Of a stretch of 64,000 bases of DNA, positions 24,385 through 38,090 are shown in pieces; the stretch's first letter is position 1; each line of letters starts with the position of its first letter. Below the pieces are notes generated by a model. That model made no database searches. It was not told where the DNA came from and was given only the letters and a program-made list of their open reading frames with translations. Origin of the DNA: Haliotis rubra. Taxonomy: Eukaryota. The translations under genes and the position numbers were made by a program. Location: NCBI RefSeq assembly GCF_003918875.1, contig NW_025764891.1, positions 8,742,001-8,806,000 of the forward strand, given 5' to 3'.

Positions 24385-25682
24385 AGACTGAGTCTGAGCC
24401 TGAGACTGAGTCTAACCCTGAGACTGAGACTGAGTCTAACCCTGAGACTGAGACTGAGCCTTACCCTGAGCCTGAGACTGAGTCTGAGCCTGAGCCTGAG
24501 CCTGAGTCTAACCCTGAGCCTGAGCCTGAGACTGAGTCTAACCCTGAGCCTGAGCCTGAGACTGAGTCTGAGCCTGAGCCTGAGCCTGAGACTGAGAGCC
24601 TGAGCCTGAGACTGAGTCTAACCCTGAGCCTGAGCCTGAGACTGAGTCTAAGCCTGAGCCTGAGACTGAGTCTGAGCCTGAGCCTGAGTCTGAGCCTGAG
24701 TCTAACCCTGAGTCTGAGACTGAGTCTGAGTCTGAGCCTGAGTCTAACCCTGAGTCTGAGACTGAGTCTAACCCTGAGCCTGAGCCTGAGACTGAGTCTA
24801 AGCCTGAGCCTGAGACTGAGTCTAACCCTGAGCCTGAGCCTGAGACTGAGTCTAACCCTGAGCCTGAGCCTGAGTCTAACCCTGAGCCTGAGACTGAGTC
24901 TAACCCTGAGTCTGAGACTGAGTCTGAGACTGAGTCTAAACTGAGTCTAACCCTGAGTCTGAGACTGAGTCTAACCCTGAGCCTGAGACTGAGTCTGAGC
25001 CTGAGCCTGAGTCTAACCCTGAGTCTAACCCTGAGTCTGAGACTGAGTCTGAGCCTGAGTCTAAACTGAGTCTAACCCTGAGTCTGAGCCTGAGACTGAG
25101 CCTGAGTCTGAGCCTGAGCCTGAGCCTGAGACTGAGTCTAACCCTGAGCCTGAGTCTGAGCCTGATCATGAGCCTGAGCCTGAGACTGAGTCTAACCCTG
25201 AGTCTGAGCCTGAGCCTGAGCCTGAGACTAACCCTGAGTCTGAGACTGAGTCTAACCCTGAGCCTGAGACTGAGTCTGAGCCTGAGCCTGAAACTGAGTC
25301 TAACCCTGAGTCTGAGACTGAGCCTGAGTCTGACTCTGACCCTGAGCCTGAGCCTGAGTCTGAGCCTGATCATGAGCCTGAGCCTGAGACTGAGCCTTAC
25401 CCTGAGACTGAGACTGAATCTATCCTTGAGTCTAACCCTGAGACTGAGACTGAGTCTAACCCTGAGCCTGAGAGTGAGACTGAGTCTAACCCTCAGACTG
25501 AGACTAACCCTGAGACTGAGTCTGAGCCTGATCATGAGCCTGAGACTGAGTCTAACCCTGAGACTGAGCCTGAGACTGAGTCTAACCCTGAGACTGACCC
25601 TGATCATGAGACTGAGACTGAGTCTAACCCTGAGCCTGAGCTTGAGCCTGAGCCTGAGGCTGAGCCTGAGACTGAGACTGAT
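24385..25682. repeat. Degenerate hexamer satellite (ctgagN) interspersed with ctaacc hexamers
   Basis: Near-strict 6-bp periodicity of ctgagc/ctgaga/ctgagt/ctaacc over about 1.3 kb. Confidence 0.95.
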
Positions 25683-25956
25683 TTACTGTACCTTTATCAG
25701 GGCTGGCAAGGTGGCAGCGCAGACTGTTTAGGTTGTCTGCTGGTATGACTTCGTAATCCCTGCACTTCACTCCACTTGAACTAGAACTGTCACAATATAA
25801 GTCAATCACTTGTCCACCTTAAGTGGTGAAGCCATGAATTATACACTGAAAGTCACGTTGTCAAGGACACAGTGGTATATCAAGCAATATGTAATTATGC
25901 ACTTTGTTTACGACAAACTCGAGGGTGTAGTGAAGGAAGTATTGTGTGAAATCTTA

Positions 25957-26505
25957 TAGTCCGTTTGGCTCAAAAGAGGACCGATGAATTGCAATCTAAC
26001 TCGAAAACTAATAAACCTATAATACTCAATGAAATGCTGATCATAATCAAAACATCAGACCAACTCTGTCATTTGTTTGCAGAATTTATGTCCTAAAATT
26101 TAAAAAGTTGATTAACAAACTATCATTAAAATATTGACACAGTTCACTATTTGTTACGAGGGAGGAGTGCAGAGAAAGGGACAGCCAGGTGTTAAAGAAG
26201 CACGTGCACAAGTGCCGACAAAGTTATTGATTCATTAACCCGTTGCTGTGCCGTCTCCATCCTTTCTCGCACACCTGACTGTCCCTTTCTCTGCACTCCT
26301 CCCTCGTAACAAATAGTGAACTGTGTCAAAATTTTAATGATAGTTTGTTAAACAACTTTTTAAATTTTAGGACATAAATTCTGCAAACAAATGACAGAGT
26401 TGCTCGATGTTTTGTTCATGATCAGTGTTTCATTGAGTATTTTATGTTTATTAGTTTTCGAGTTCGATTGCAATTCATCGGTCCGCTTTTGAGCCAAACG
26501 GACTA
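25957..26505. mobile_element. Palindromic MITE with about 235-bp inverted arms
   Basis: TA|tagtccgtttggctcaaaag... and ...cttttgagccaaacggacta|TA. Arms about 25957-26191 and 26271-26505, with an unpaired spacer of about 80 bp. Confidence 0.92.
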
Positions 26506-29500
26506 TAGTACTGAATGACATTGTCCATACGATGTCCTGGAATGTTAGAAATTGAGGGAATGCTCATTTGATCCCCTGCTTTCCCCTTCCTTTAAATACA
26601 TTGTTTTATGTCCCTATTTTGTTTTAATGAATTACCAGTGCCTTAATAATGTTCAAATTAAAAATTCTATTATTTAAAAATATTTAATATAACTGTGTCA
26701 TTTTTTGATGGTCTATTCTCGTGGTAAATTTCGGTGACCTCATCCCTGTCGTGTCATTTATTCATTTTTTCAAGTATTTAGGTTAATTAGTAAGAACAGT
26801 AAGCCTTCACTTCATTAATTAAAAAAGTTTTGTTTTATCAGGGAATACAATAAACCATAGTTTCATTTATATCCTTAGAATTCACCCAATGCAGTAATCA
26901 GCCTTAATGACAAAGTAGCGATACAGAACCAGTGGAGAGTTTGTATTGCATGACTCATCCCTGTCTCTTGATGACTGAGAACTGGTATTGACCAATCTAT
27001 ACATGAACCAGTGCTGTTAGTCTGTGACAACACCACCTTAAAACTGGCTGATAATAAATATAACAGACTAAACCATTGACTTTGTGTGCTGCTGATTCAG
27101 TTCACACTATCCCATACACCAGACTTGTGAAACATGTAACTCTTATTCTAAGAGACTTGGCTGAGAGATGAATAGACTAACAGCTAGTCTCTGAAATGAA
27201 CATATTTTACAGAAAAAAAGCTCATAGTGAAAACAATAAGATATAATGAAAAGGAGTCCTGTTCTCTGTGGAAATCTAGACTTGCCACATTTTCTAGATT
27301 GCGTGGGCTTTCTTGGATATATTTGCATCAGGGTCTGTATGACAGACTAAGAGATGATCAGTCCTGACTGTTCTTTACTCTGAGAGTAGGGGTTCAAATA
27401 CTGCAGGGGACCCAACAGAAAATGAGTACTAGAATCTGTACTTTCTTGAGAAAGTGCAATCCCAAATGTAACATATGTTTAACCGTTTCCATAATCATAA
27501 CAAATCTCCTCTGAAAGCATAGTCAGTTGTATGAGTATGACTTTATCCTAACCTTTCTGTCATGAGTGAGTGAGTTTAGTTTTACGCCACACTCAGCAAA
27601 ATTCCAGCTGTATGGCGGCGGTCTCTAAATAATTGAGTCTGGACCAGACAATCCAGTGATCAACAGCATGAGCATTGATCTGCGCAATTGGGAACCGATG
27701 TGTCAACCAAGTCAGCGAGCCTGACCACCGAATCCCGTTAGTCGCCTCTTACAACAAACATGGGTTACTGAAGATCAATTCTAACCCGGATCTTCACAGG
27801 TCTTTCTGTAATGAATCAGTATCAGATAGATAGTGATGATATCAGGTGTTCTTGTAAACGTTAGCATATCCTGCTCTATCTATGACATCACAAACACATG
27901 TGAATGCAAGTCAATTGTTCATTAAAGCAACATGATAATGTATGGTACAAGTTAAAATTGGGAATTGTATCTGTCATAATTTTAGTCACCGATGCATGAA
28001 ATTTGAAAACGTCCTTTTATCCATCATAAAACTGTTTGAAACATTTATTGAGCCCTTATGAGTTGCAATCTATATGTTCTTTTTGACATTTTAAATAGAA
28101 AAAAATCTCTATAATCATCTGAGTAAGAGTAAGTGTGACAGGGAGTTGAGATTGACAATACGGTGTGCCGTTGCGATTGACATCCAGTGACCGAGGGAAA
28201 AACTAAGCGCCTTTGAGCAGCTGAGCTGAGCTGGATATCGGCGCTATACAAATGTTAGTATGTATGTATGTATGTGTGTATGTATGTATGTATGTAATAT
28301 TCCAGCAATATCAGAGGTGTGGGGTGTGTATGGGGACATCAGAAGTTGTCTTCTTACATGTTGTAATCAAACCCAGGCCTTTTGGTGTGACAAGCAATCA
28401 CATTAACCACTATATCCCTCTGCCCAGAGTTAATTTTTAAGGCAATTGCCTAAAAACTTGGATTGTGTGAAGGGTACACATTTATCTCATTCAAAATAAT
28501 AATTGACTTCAACTTCAATCTCAATGCTGTTGAAATGCCATTACATCACTGTAACACCGGCATGCTTTGTAAACCTCATGTAGCAGAATGTTTAGAACAG
28601 ATGGGCCTCCACGCTGATCAATACGCGTCTTCCTCTTCAATGACGGGCGCACGTTCCACTGCATCCAAGTCAGACTGCAAACAACACACATTTGTAGCAT
28701 CTATCATGTAAAGAGCATGTTTCAATGCATCGGTGAATTATTAACTACGAGAGACCGAGTGTCTGTGAGGCTGGTTCTAATGCCTGGCTAATTATCTTCA
28801 ATCTCATCTCAGACTTGTAGACAGTTGAAAGGTGTGGAGTCTGCAATTATGACGCAAGATGATGTCAAACCCCCATCCGGGATGATCTCAGCTTGGATTG
28901 AGAGATGAAGACTATGTACCCTGGTAAAGATATTCCTGTTTGAGAATCAAGGATTGCGGCAGGTATGATTCATGCACTGAACGTGATCGACAACTCGGGT
29001 CAGTGCTAGCCTCACAAGGCGGAAGAACTTGGTACAAATGGGCACCAGGCATTTGCACACGTGAGATGTAAATATCAGCCGTGTCTATTCCTGGGCCAGA
29101 TTAACGGTTCAGGCAGAAGGACCACCAAGACCAGACATAAGGGTTTATAACAGGTTGTTGGGCTTCTCAACATTGATGATGAAGTAGGGAATGATCAATC
29201 ATTATGGAATATGGAAGCTGATGAGAAACGATTGTTTTGGAAACCCGTGCAGGTTCCGATAATATGGGTAAGTGATTCAATTAGAACATATTGATAATGC
29301 TATGCTCGGGTCTTAATTCTCTAGTCAGGCCATGAATGTGAGAGATGGGATTACTCATAGCTCATTAAATATGTCACTTCTTGACACGGTAAAGAAAGAT
29401 ACTTTCTGGACAGTTTTTCATACTTTATGAGGTTCTGAGATAAAATGTAAATGATATTTTTACAGAAGCACACAACCATACCAAGAGATCAAAAAAGGAT

Positions 29501-32298
29501 GTTTAATTTCATTGAATTATTGCTTTATTGGTTCATCTGGTGCTTTTGTAAGGATAGAATGAATACCTGCTCATGTGCCTGTATTTTGTGTCCAATATGT
29601 TTAATGATCTCTCCAAGAACTAATTAATAATATATGCAATTAGATTGAATTTTTCATTAGTTACATAGGCATCAACATGACAGTGTTGCAGGCTGTTTGT
29701 TCATAAATAAAATAAGTATATGGAAAATACTGTAATTCTTAACAAATCTGACAATATGATAAATGAATGTACTTTTTTTATTGGTGTGTTTGTTTGTTCG
29801 TTCGTTGTTTAACGCTGCACTCAGCAATTTTCCAGTTATGTGGCGGCGGCGGCCTGTAAATAATCAGACTGCCGGCAAATCGCTGTAAATTGCTGAGTGC
29901 GGTGTTAAACAACAAACAAACAAACAAATAAAGTATATTCATTTTGGAAAAGGTTAAAATAAGTAATACTTTCTGTTAGATTTGTTAAGCAACATGTACT
30001 TTTAACAAAGAAGGATTTTTGCACTAGATTTCAGTCCATATCCTGAACAGGAAACAAGAAATATCACATGATAATCAGAAATGTATAAATGCTTGTTAAG
30101 GATATACTACAATTTCATTATGTGTTTTAGTATACTAGATCTGATTGCATTATTTGATAATACAAAGTATACAATGAGTGAGGGAATTAGTATGGTAATA
30201 TGTTGCTTTCGAAAATATTTCATGGCAGATAAACCAGCTTCATACATTTTGCCACCATAGGTCCTCCTGACGAGCAATGGTTTAACAAAAGTGAACTGAA
30301 AGCAAAACAATGTGTACTGAAAACAAAATTCTTGATGTAAATTCTCCTGTAACCTGAGCCATGTAAAATTTCACATGAAATAAGGGTAATTAAGATGTAT
30401 TTCATATTACTGGAATTGTAGTATAGTTTGAGGTAGCACATTGTGACACCTCTTGTGTATACTCTAGTTGCATTGATTGACTAATTAGCTAATCAGGTTT
30501 GTCCATCCTCGATAATCAAGGGTATTGTTTCTCAATTACATTTAATTAAATATACCTGTGAAGGTCTGGGTTAGAATATTGACCTTCAGTAAGACCTTGT
30601 CGTAAGAGGCGACTAATGGGATCAGGTGGTCAGGCTCGCTGACTTGCTTGACACATGTCATCGGTTCCCAATAGCACAGATCGATGCTCATGCTGTTGAT
30701 CACTGGATTGTCTGGTCCAAACTCGATTATTTACAGACTGCCACCATATAGCTGCAATATTGCTAAACTCACTCACTCACTCACTCATTTCATTAAATAC
30801 CCTGGATCAATGCGAGTCCATATATTTGTATGAGCCTCATTGAGTTTCATTTAAATGGCCAGTGCTGAGAGAGAAATGGTTTTTAATTCAATTTTATGAG
30901 CAGTAGGAATTCTTTTCAAACTCAGACTATGAAATGATAAGCATGAACTTGAGTGTAGGTTTGAATTAGGAATGAGTTTGATAATGATAAAAATTTATTC
31001 ATAAAGCACCTAATATCCACCATAGAGATGCTCAGTGGCGCTGTGACAATATTGGGGAAGGAAATAGTTATTATGGGTTTTACAGAAAGGCAGCAGTAAA
31101 CAGATGGGTTTTTTAGCAGAGATTTAAAAGATTCTTCACCGAATCATCGACATGAATATGCTGGATACAATATAAACAAAGGTTTAATGTCAGGGTAAAT
31201 GATATTTTGAGGTAATAAGACTGAATGTCGCCACTCGTCCCAGTATGCCAGTAAGAATCTGAGCAGGTACCCCTGCTATGTAAAGCTCACTGTGAGTGCT
31301 GAAGATAGGGGGCGCTAGGATCAGTCGGCAAACTGTCCCCGGTGAACCAAAGGCATACACTGATATTTATCATTCTGATGAGGAAATGTCAGCATAACTG
31401 TCTATTGTTGTAAGGCTTGCTCCAGATACTGGAGGGATATTTAGATGGTGTACCTGTATGAGATAGATACAAGTATTCTACGTCAATGATGCTTGGATGT
31501 TGTGCTAGTTTACTCAATTGTAATGAAGAAAATTTAAGCTATGATGTTGAATATGCAGTTTAAAAAGTGGTCATTTGATATTGGGGGAGATTAAGAGTGA
31601 GTGAGTTTACTTGTACATCACTTTCAGCAATATTCCAGCAATATCATAGTGACAGACACCAGAAATGGTATTCACAAATCATACCCATATCTGGAATTGA
31701 ACCTGGTTGTTCAGCATGATGAGCGAACGCTTTAACCACTAGGCTACCCTACCCACCCCTGGGGAGATATTAGGAAGGGGTTCACCAAACTTTATTGAAA
31801 CAATGTGGTGGTGGTGGGTATGAAAACATGACAGTTTTGTTAAATTTTGATATAAAATGATAAATTTAAACATTATTTGTTGATTGCTTATTTATTGAAT
31901 TTGATAGGCATTCATCCATGTTTGATGGTGATTCAGAAAGGAACAAATAATGGTTATTCATTAGTGATGTATTGGTGTGGATCTTGTCAGGGGTTGTCTT
32001 AGCACATTATCCCAAGACCCATGAAGATCCGGGTTATTAACCCATGCTTGTCAGAGGCATCTAACGTGTTCGGGTGTTCAGGAATACTGGCTTGGTTAAC
32101 ACATGTCATCACTAATGAGTATCCAAATTGCACAGATCATCGCACATGGCGATCATCACTGGATTCTCTGGCCCAGACTTCATTATCAACAGACCGCCAT
32201 CATATCAATGGAGTATGGTGTTAAACAACAAACACATCATGGGGTTTGAAATTTCATAGTACACAGTAAAGAGTAAAGTGAAGTGTTCATGTTCAAGT

Positions 32299-32472
32299 AG
32301 GGGTGGTGGGGTAGCCAAGTGGTTAAAGTGTTCGCTCGTCACGCCGAAGACCCGGGTTCAATTCCCAACATGGGTAGAACATGTGGAGCCCATTTCTGGT
32401 GTCCCCCGCCGTGATGTTGCTGAAATATTGCTGGAATATTGCTAAAAGCGGCGTAAAACTAAACTCACTCAC
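32299..32472 (+). mobile_element. SINE family A (other plus-strand copies at about 16419-16576, 46930-47060, 59838-59897)
   Basis: A and B boxes, tail, TSD tcatgttcaagt. Confidence 0.9.
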
Positions 32473-34404
32473 TCATGTTCAAGTGTGTACGTCAGCTTAT
32501 TTAACATTTACTGACCATTATTGCTTTTCATAAGGTCACTAAGGCAACAAACAACAAGTCACAATAAGAAAAAAAAATGAAGACTATTTATTATGTATTT
32601 GTCCATTCACTCCATTGTTCTTGGACTGGAAAAGCAGAAAATGTACTGAAAAAATAATGTGAAATTGAAGAAAATGTTCACTTTACATATATCTGACAAC
32701 CTTTGTTGGAAAGAACGAAGCTTTCTCAGAAGTCAATACATGTTAACGACATTGTAAACTTCCTGGTTTTATGCTGAATAAGCATTTATTTTTTAAGTCT
32801 TTCAGTTGCGCTTAGTGATGATACATAAAGGTCAGAATTTATGGATGCCAGCTTCTTTATTGTAAAGAAAACAATGCTTTATGTTTCAATGTATGTTTTT
32901 AATCCTTGATCAGGTGATATCAGTTGTTGTTTCCCGTTAAACCAAATGACCCAGTTTTATGCCACGGCTGTATTTATTTCTGTCTACATTTAGCATAATT
33001 TCTTCGAGTCTGTAAACACCTTAAGATGAGCATATACATGTAACATCAAACTGTGGGTAAACTCTGGAACAGTCTAGACATACTTGTATTTCTGAATCAA
33101 TGTAATTTGATTGAATTTAACACGCAGCTGAATAAATTGAAAAAGAGATCCCGTTTTGATCCAAGATTCAGAACCTGTGGAAAATATACACCGCTTCATG
33201 TAGAGTTGAACGTTAAAGTAAAGGCTGATCAGAAAGGGATTTATTATGGTTTATGGACTTTGACATTTGACATACATTGCTACATTGATATATATAACAA
33301 GATTATTAATGGCCACTTAGTATCACCTTCTTGGTTAGATGTCTGCTACTTCAATCAGGCATGGATCAGGGTTTTCAAAAGATGTATTTTGCTTATTCAG
33401 CAATTATTTTGCATTTGGTCATTGGAAGATTACAGAATGATTCATGATTCAACAGAAATGTCCGATTCACAAGGGGGAATATAGTCCCTATATTGGGTGT
33501 TTACTGTCATAGATGAATTACTTCTCCTGATTTTAAGTCTCTCTGAAATTCTGGATGCTGACATCTAGACAGTGGTCTCGCCTGTCAGGGATAATATGTC
33601 TTAACAGACAATACTGTATTGCACATTATGCACTGTTTACTGTTGCCATGACTACAGGAATACCATAAGCCTGCTTGTCATGCTAAAATCATGCTGTAAA
33701 TGAAAAAAAATATCTTTCATTTCCTTGAATCTTACACAAAGAGAAAACAGGAAAAGGGCCTGGATGGTATAGTTGTGGTCTAAGGTCTTACTTGATAGTG
33801 TCCCTTAGTTGTGCCTGGATCAGGTATACAATGATTAAAATGCCAGATGTCCTCTGATGATGATGTTTGCTTTGTCATAACCTTGAATGTTTTTTTACTT
33901 GTTTTTGAGTTTCCTCATTTTGCGGTTTCTGCCCACACAAAGCTCTCAAGGTTTGATAAAGTGCAATGCTGATGGAATTGGTTAGTCTGTACAGACCCTG
34001 AAACAAATCTATCCAAGAAAGCCCATGCAAGTCTAGGTTATGTGGCAAGTCTAGACTTCCACAGTTTTATCTATAAATGAAGAAAGTCTCTAGGCTCCTT
34101 TTTATTATATTTTATGATTATAATTTAGGAACTGTTTTTTGTGTGTGTAAGAAATGTTCATTTAAGAGATTAGATGTTAGTCTAGGAATTGATGTTTTAC
34201 CACCCTTCCTCGCTTCCTCTTTCACTCACTTACTCACCAAGCTAGAGATAAATGTGTTATTAAATTATTTTATTGATCATGAAGATAGAAGATGTTAAGG
34301 TTCATATTTCAACGTTGAGAGTCAAGTACAGAGATGTGAGGCCCTGGTATTATCTGTTACTTTGGGACATGGGTGGCCCTGTTCACCCAAGCAATATGTT
34401 GCTT

Positions 34405-34785
34405 TGAGTTATGGCCCTTTTTTTTAGCAACATAGAGTTATGGCCCTTAGCTGCCATGATCTGTTGGTTTGGGGTTATGGCCCTTAGCAGCATAGAGTTA
34501 TGGCCCTTAGCTGCCATGATCTGTTGGTTTGGGGTTATGGCCCTTAGCAGCATAGAGTTATGGCCCTTAGCAGCTTAGAGTTATGGCCCTTAGCTGCCAT
34601 GGTCTGTTGGTTTGGGGTTATGGCCCTTAGCAGCATAGAGTTATGGCCCTTAGCAGCATAGAGTTATGGCCCTTAGCAGCATAGAGTTATGGCCCTTAGC
34701 TGCCATGGTCTGTTGGTTTGGGGTTATGGCCCTTAGCAGCATAGAGTTATGGCCCTTAGCTGCCATGATCTGTTGGTTTGGGGTT
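34405..34785. repeat. Composite minisatellite (23-bp and about 37-bp units)
   Basis: agagttatggcccttagcagcat alternates with gttatggcccttagctgccatgatctgttggtttggg. Confidence 0.92.
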
Positions 34786-36172
34786 GTTAAATCCAAGATC
34801 GACCCTCAGTTAGCGCTTCAGCAACATGGCTGATCTTGTGGGTTCAATGAATATGGTAAACCACCGTGCTCTTCCTCCCCATGCATTTCCTGTAGATATG
34901 AAAACCAACAAAGTGAAATATGACTTCCATTAATCATTATGTAGAGGAGACAGTATTGTTTGTACACTCATAAAAGTAATAATTTTTGTACTATACTCAT
35001 AAATAACACTGCCTTTTTGAAAACAAAATGGATGATTAATTACTACAAGCTGTTTTGGATGTGCCAATATTTCTCAGAATGATAAATGGATTGTTTACGG
35101 AAGTAACAGTGTCACATGATATATATTACTCAGATCTATTCAAAAGAAGTTAAGGAATGTGTCTGTTTCTTTCATGCCGCCAAAGGTAATCTGTCATGCC
35201 ATAACCAGTTCCTTGTGTCTACCACCCAAAAGTCTAGCCATGACAGATCAACTAAAATAACATATGAGATATGGTGGTATCTTAGGTTCCTTTAAAATGT
35301 GTATTTTACAAGATTTGTTATGTTAATGACTCAGATATAATCATAATTGCTTTGCCTATTTCTAATTTTACACTGACAGCATTACACTACTGTTGAGTTG
35401 CTAATTATGTTGTTAATTTCTTAAACTTTGGCAGTAATGTTGTCGAAAATATCCTTTTTTCTACTTTTTTTCTTAACAGTACCATGTTGATGTACATGTC
35501 CTGGCCTCAGGGTGCTATTAGATAAGATGTTTTCAGGAGGACAGTATTACTGCAGATTAATGAAGTAATACTATTTTCCTACATGCCTCAGGTTATATAT
35601 GAGGAGCTCGACATGACATGCCATGTTCTGCCGGTATGTTGCTGTAGATATATAGGCTTCTGTAATAGAAAGTAATTACAGTAATAAGTCTGAAATTACA
35701 GATTAGTTTCTCTGTCTGGAGTCACCGTGATTATCACACTCATGCAATCTTTTCTGCAATGTACCGATCAGCCAGCTAAGGACCCATGCCTTTGTTTTAT
35801 GAGTTGGTTTAAATTATTTCTTTTCTTTTAAATCTTTTCTCTGAGCAGCTTATTATTTTACAGCAGAGTTTGTCATCAACATCATGCTTTCAATTCCATG
35901 AGAGGATATTGAAGGATACATAAATTTTCCAAATTGTTACTCTTGCCATAAAACTGTCATGCAGTTGGTAAGCTTAAAAACTACCGATATTTAAAGCAGG
36001 ACAGAGTTTAAGGTTTGTTTTGTTGCTCTTAATGTATATATAGTTTCTTGTTTGTTTTCTGGGCAACCTGTAACTTCTACTGTAGAACTATTACCAGTAG
36101 TGAGTGTGGTAACTCAAGTGCCGTTCCTGAAGAATTTGTATTCAGCAACAACAGAAGATTACATGCCAATGG

Positions 36173-36391
36173 ATGCCTTTACTTTCTTATGAATGTGGAA
36201 AGGGTTTCGTCACTTCTATTTGGATAAACAAGATGTACAGGAAAAGATCTGGAGTCAAAATAACTCGGAAATTTCAGAAGAAGATCAAGAAGTTGCACAA
36301 AAATGCCTTGACAAAGATTGAATGTGAAGAGGACATTTCAGAGTCTCTGATTCCACATGCTGAGAACCTGAAGATAGTGTATGGACAACTA
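36173..36391 (+). CDS. Candidate alternative first coding exon of the SLC6 gene
   Basis: ATG-initiated non-repetitive frame MPLLSYECGK...ENLKIVYGQL ending at CTA|gtaaga, phase 0, compatible with the 52820 acceptor. The rest of the tracked ORF runs into a MITE. Confidence 0.35.
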
Positions 36392-36413
36392 GTAAGATGT
36401 TTTGTTTTACTTA

Positions 36414-36736
36414 GGCCAGACCAATTTTATTTCTTGTTTACGGATCCACCGGTCGTACTTTTTAAAGAAGAAGAAGAATTTTTTATTAATTTTCCCCGCT
36501 CAAAAAATAAAATCCTCATGTTTTGATTGGCCCAAAATGTAATCTTACAACAACAAAAATTTTGATTTTGTTTTTTACCCATATACACTTCATAAATTGC
36601 CAAAAATAAAATACTCTTAGTATTTATAAGGAACATTACTTTGACTGGTGAATTTTATTTTTTAATTTTTTCCCTCCTGCCTTTAGGTTTTCTGAGGACA
36701 AAAATCCGTAAAACAAGAAATAAAATTTGTCTTGCC
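36414..36736. mobile_element. PIF/Harbinger-like MITE
   Basis: tta|ggccagaccaattttatttcttgtttacggat ... atccgtaaaacaagaaataaaatttgtcttgcc|tga: about 32-bp imperfect TIRs. Confidence 0.7.
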
Positions 36737-37304
36737 TGATGTTACTTCTACATGGTAAAGGGTGGTTAGGTAGTCAAGTGGTTGGTGTGGTTATTGGTCA
36801 TGTAGAGGTCTGGGTTCAGTTCCCAGATTTGGTACAGTGGAGCCCATGCTTGTATTCATCGGTCATTTGGACAGAAATATTACTTTGAAGAAACAGAATA
36901 CTCTGTATAACAGCTTGTAATATTTTGGCTGTTTGAAGTTGAAGATGTAAGCTACTTTTCCTAGGCATGTTAAGATGTTAATTGATGGTGGAATCACAAG
37001 AGGTAGAGCAGGACATGCTTTCTCTTTTTGCAAACATCTGGTGTTCATTCATTTTCAGTGATGCAGTCATTTTTACCACTGGTTTGCCGTTTATGCCCAT
37101 CAGAATCTTCTTTTTTTTTAGATAATTCTCTTTCTTTAATGTTTCATATTTTAATTTTTGTCCATGTGTGTTCTGCTTCTCAGAGTCAGTATGTTCATAG
37201 ATAGTGTCCAGGAAATACCAACTGATTTCTAAAATTCATTCGTGTTTGAATATACTGAAACATTTGAGCATCAGCTATTTGTGTGTGTCATACATTTCAT
37301 TTCA

Positions 37305-38090
37305 GGCTACATCAGATATAAGCATTGGTTTTCAGGGTATGTCAAACATAGGCATTTTGTGTGAGCATATGTCAGATAAAGGCACTGTACGTCAGGATAT
37401 GTCAGATAAAGGCACTGTATGCCAGGATATGTCAGATAAAGGTACTGTATGCCAGGATATGTCAGATAAGGTACTGCATGTTAGGGCATGTCAGATAAAG
37501 GTACTGTATGCCAGGATATGTCAGACAAAGGTACTGTATGCCAGGATATGTCAGACAAAGGTACTGCATGTTAGGATATGTCAGATAAAGGTACTGTATG
37601 CCAGGATATGTCAGGTAAAGGTACTGTATGCCAAGATATGTCAGATAAAGGTACTGTGTTAGGATATGTCAGACAAAGGTACTGCATGTTAGGATATGTC
37701 AGATATAGGTACTGTATGCCAGGATATGTCAGATAAAGGTACTGTATGTTAGGATATGTCAGACAAAGGTACTGTATGCCAGGATATGTCAGATAAAGGT
37801 ACTGTATGTTAGAATATGTCAGACAAGGGTACTGTATGTTAGGATATGTCAGATAAAGGTACTCTGTGTCAGCGTATGTGAGATATAAGCATTATATAAC
37901 AGAATATATCAGATACAAACTTTGTATGTAAGGTTATGTCACATACAATCATTGTATATCAGGATATATAAGAAGCAAGAATTGTATATCAGGATATGTC
38001 AGATATGACAATTGTATATCAGAGTATGCCAGACATGGGCACTGGTTGTCAGAATATATTAGATATACCATAATATACCAGATATAGGCA
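37305..38090. repeat. 30-bp minisatellite with decayed edges
   Basis: Unit gtcagataaaggtactgtatgccaggatat. Confidence 0.93.

Noticed and set aside
24339-25731. EPETES / LSLSLR low-complexity ORFs
   Set aside because: Hexamer satellite with frameshifts and no splice signals.
27768-27800. CTGAAGA in family B (antisense to the element) and CTGATGAGGAAA at about 31376 as hammerhead ribozyme cores
   Set aside because: No stem II followed by GAAA in the first case, and no room for stem II in the second.
33053-33484. 143-aa ORF
   Set aside because: Non-ATG start, AT-rich, no recognisable motif or convincing splice boundaries.
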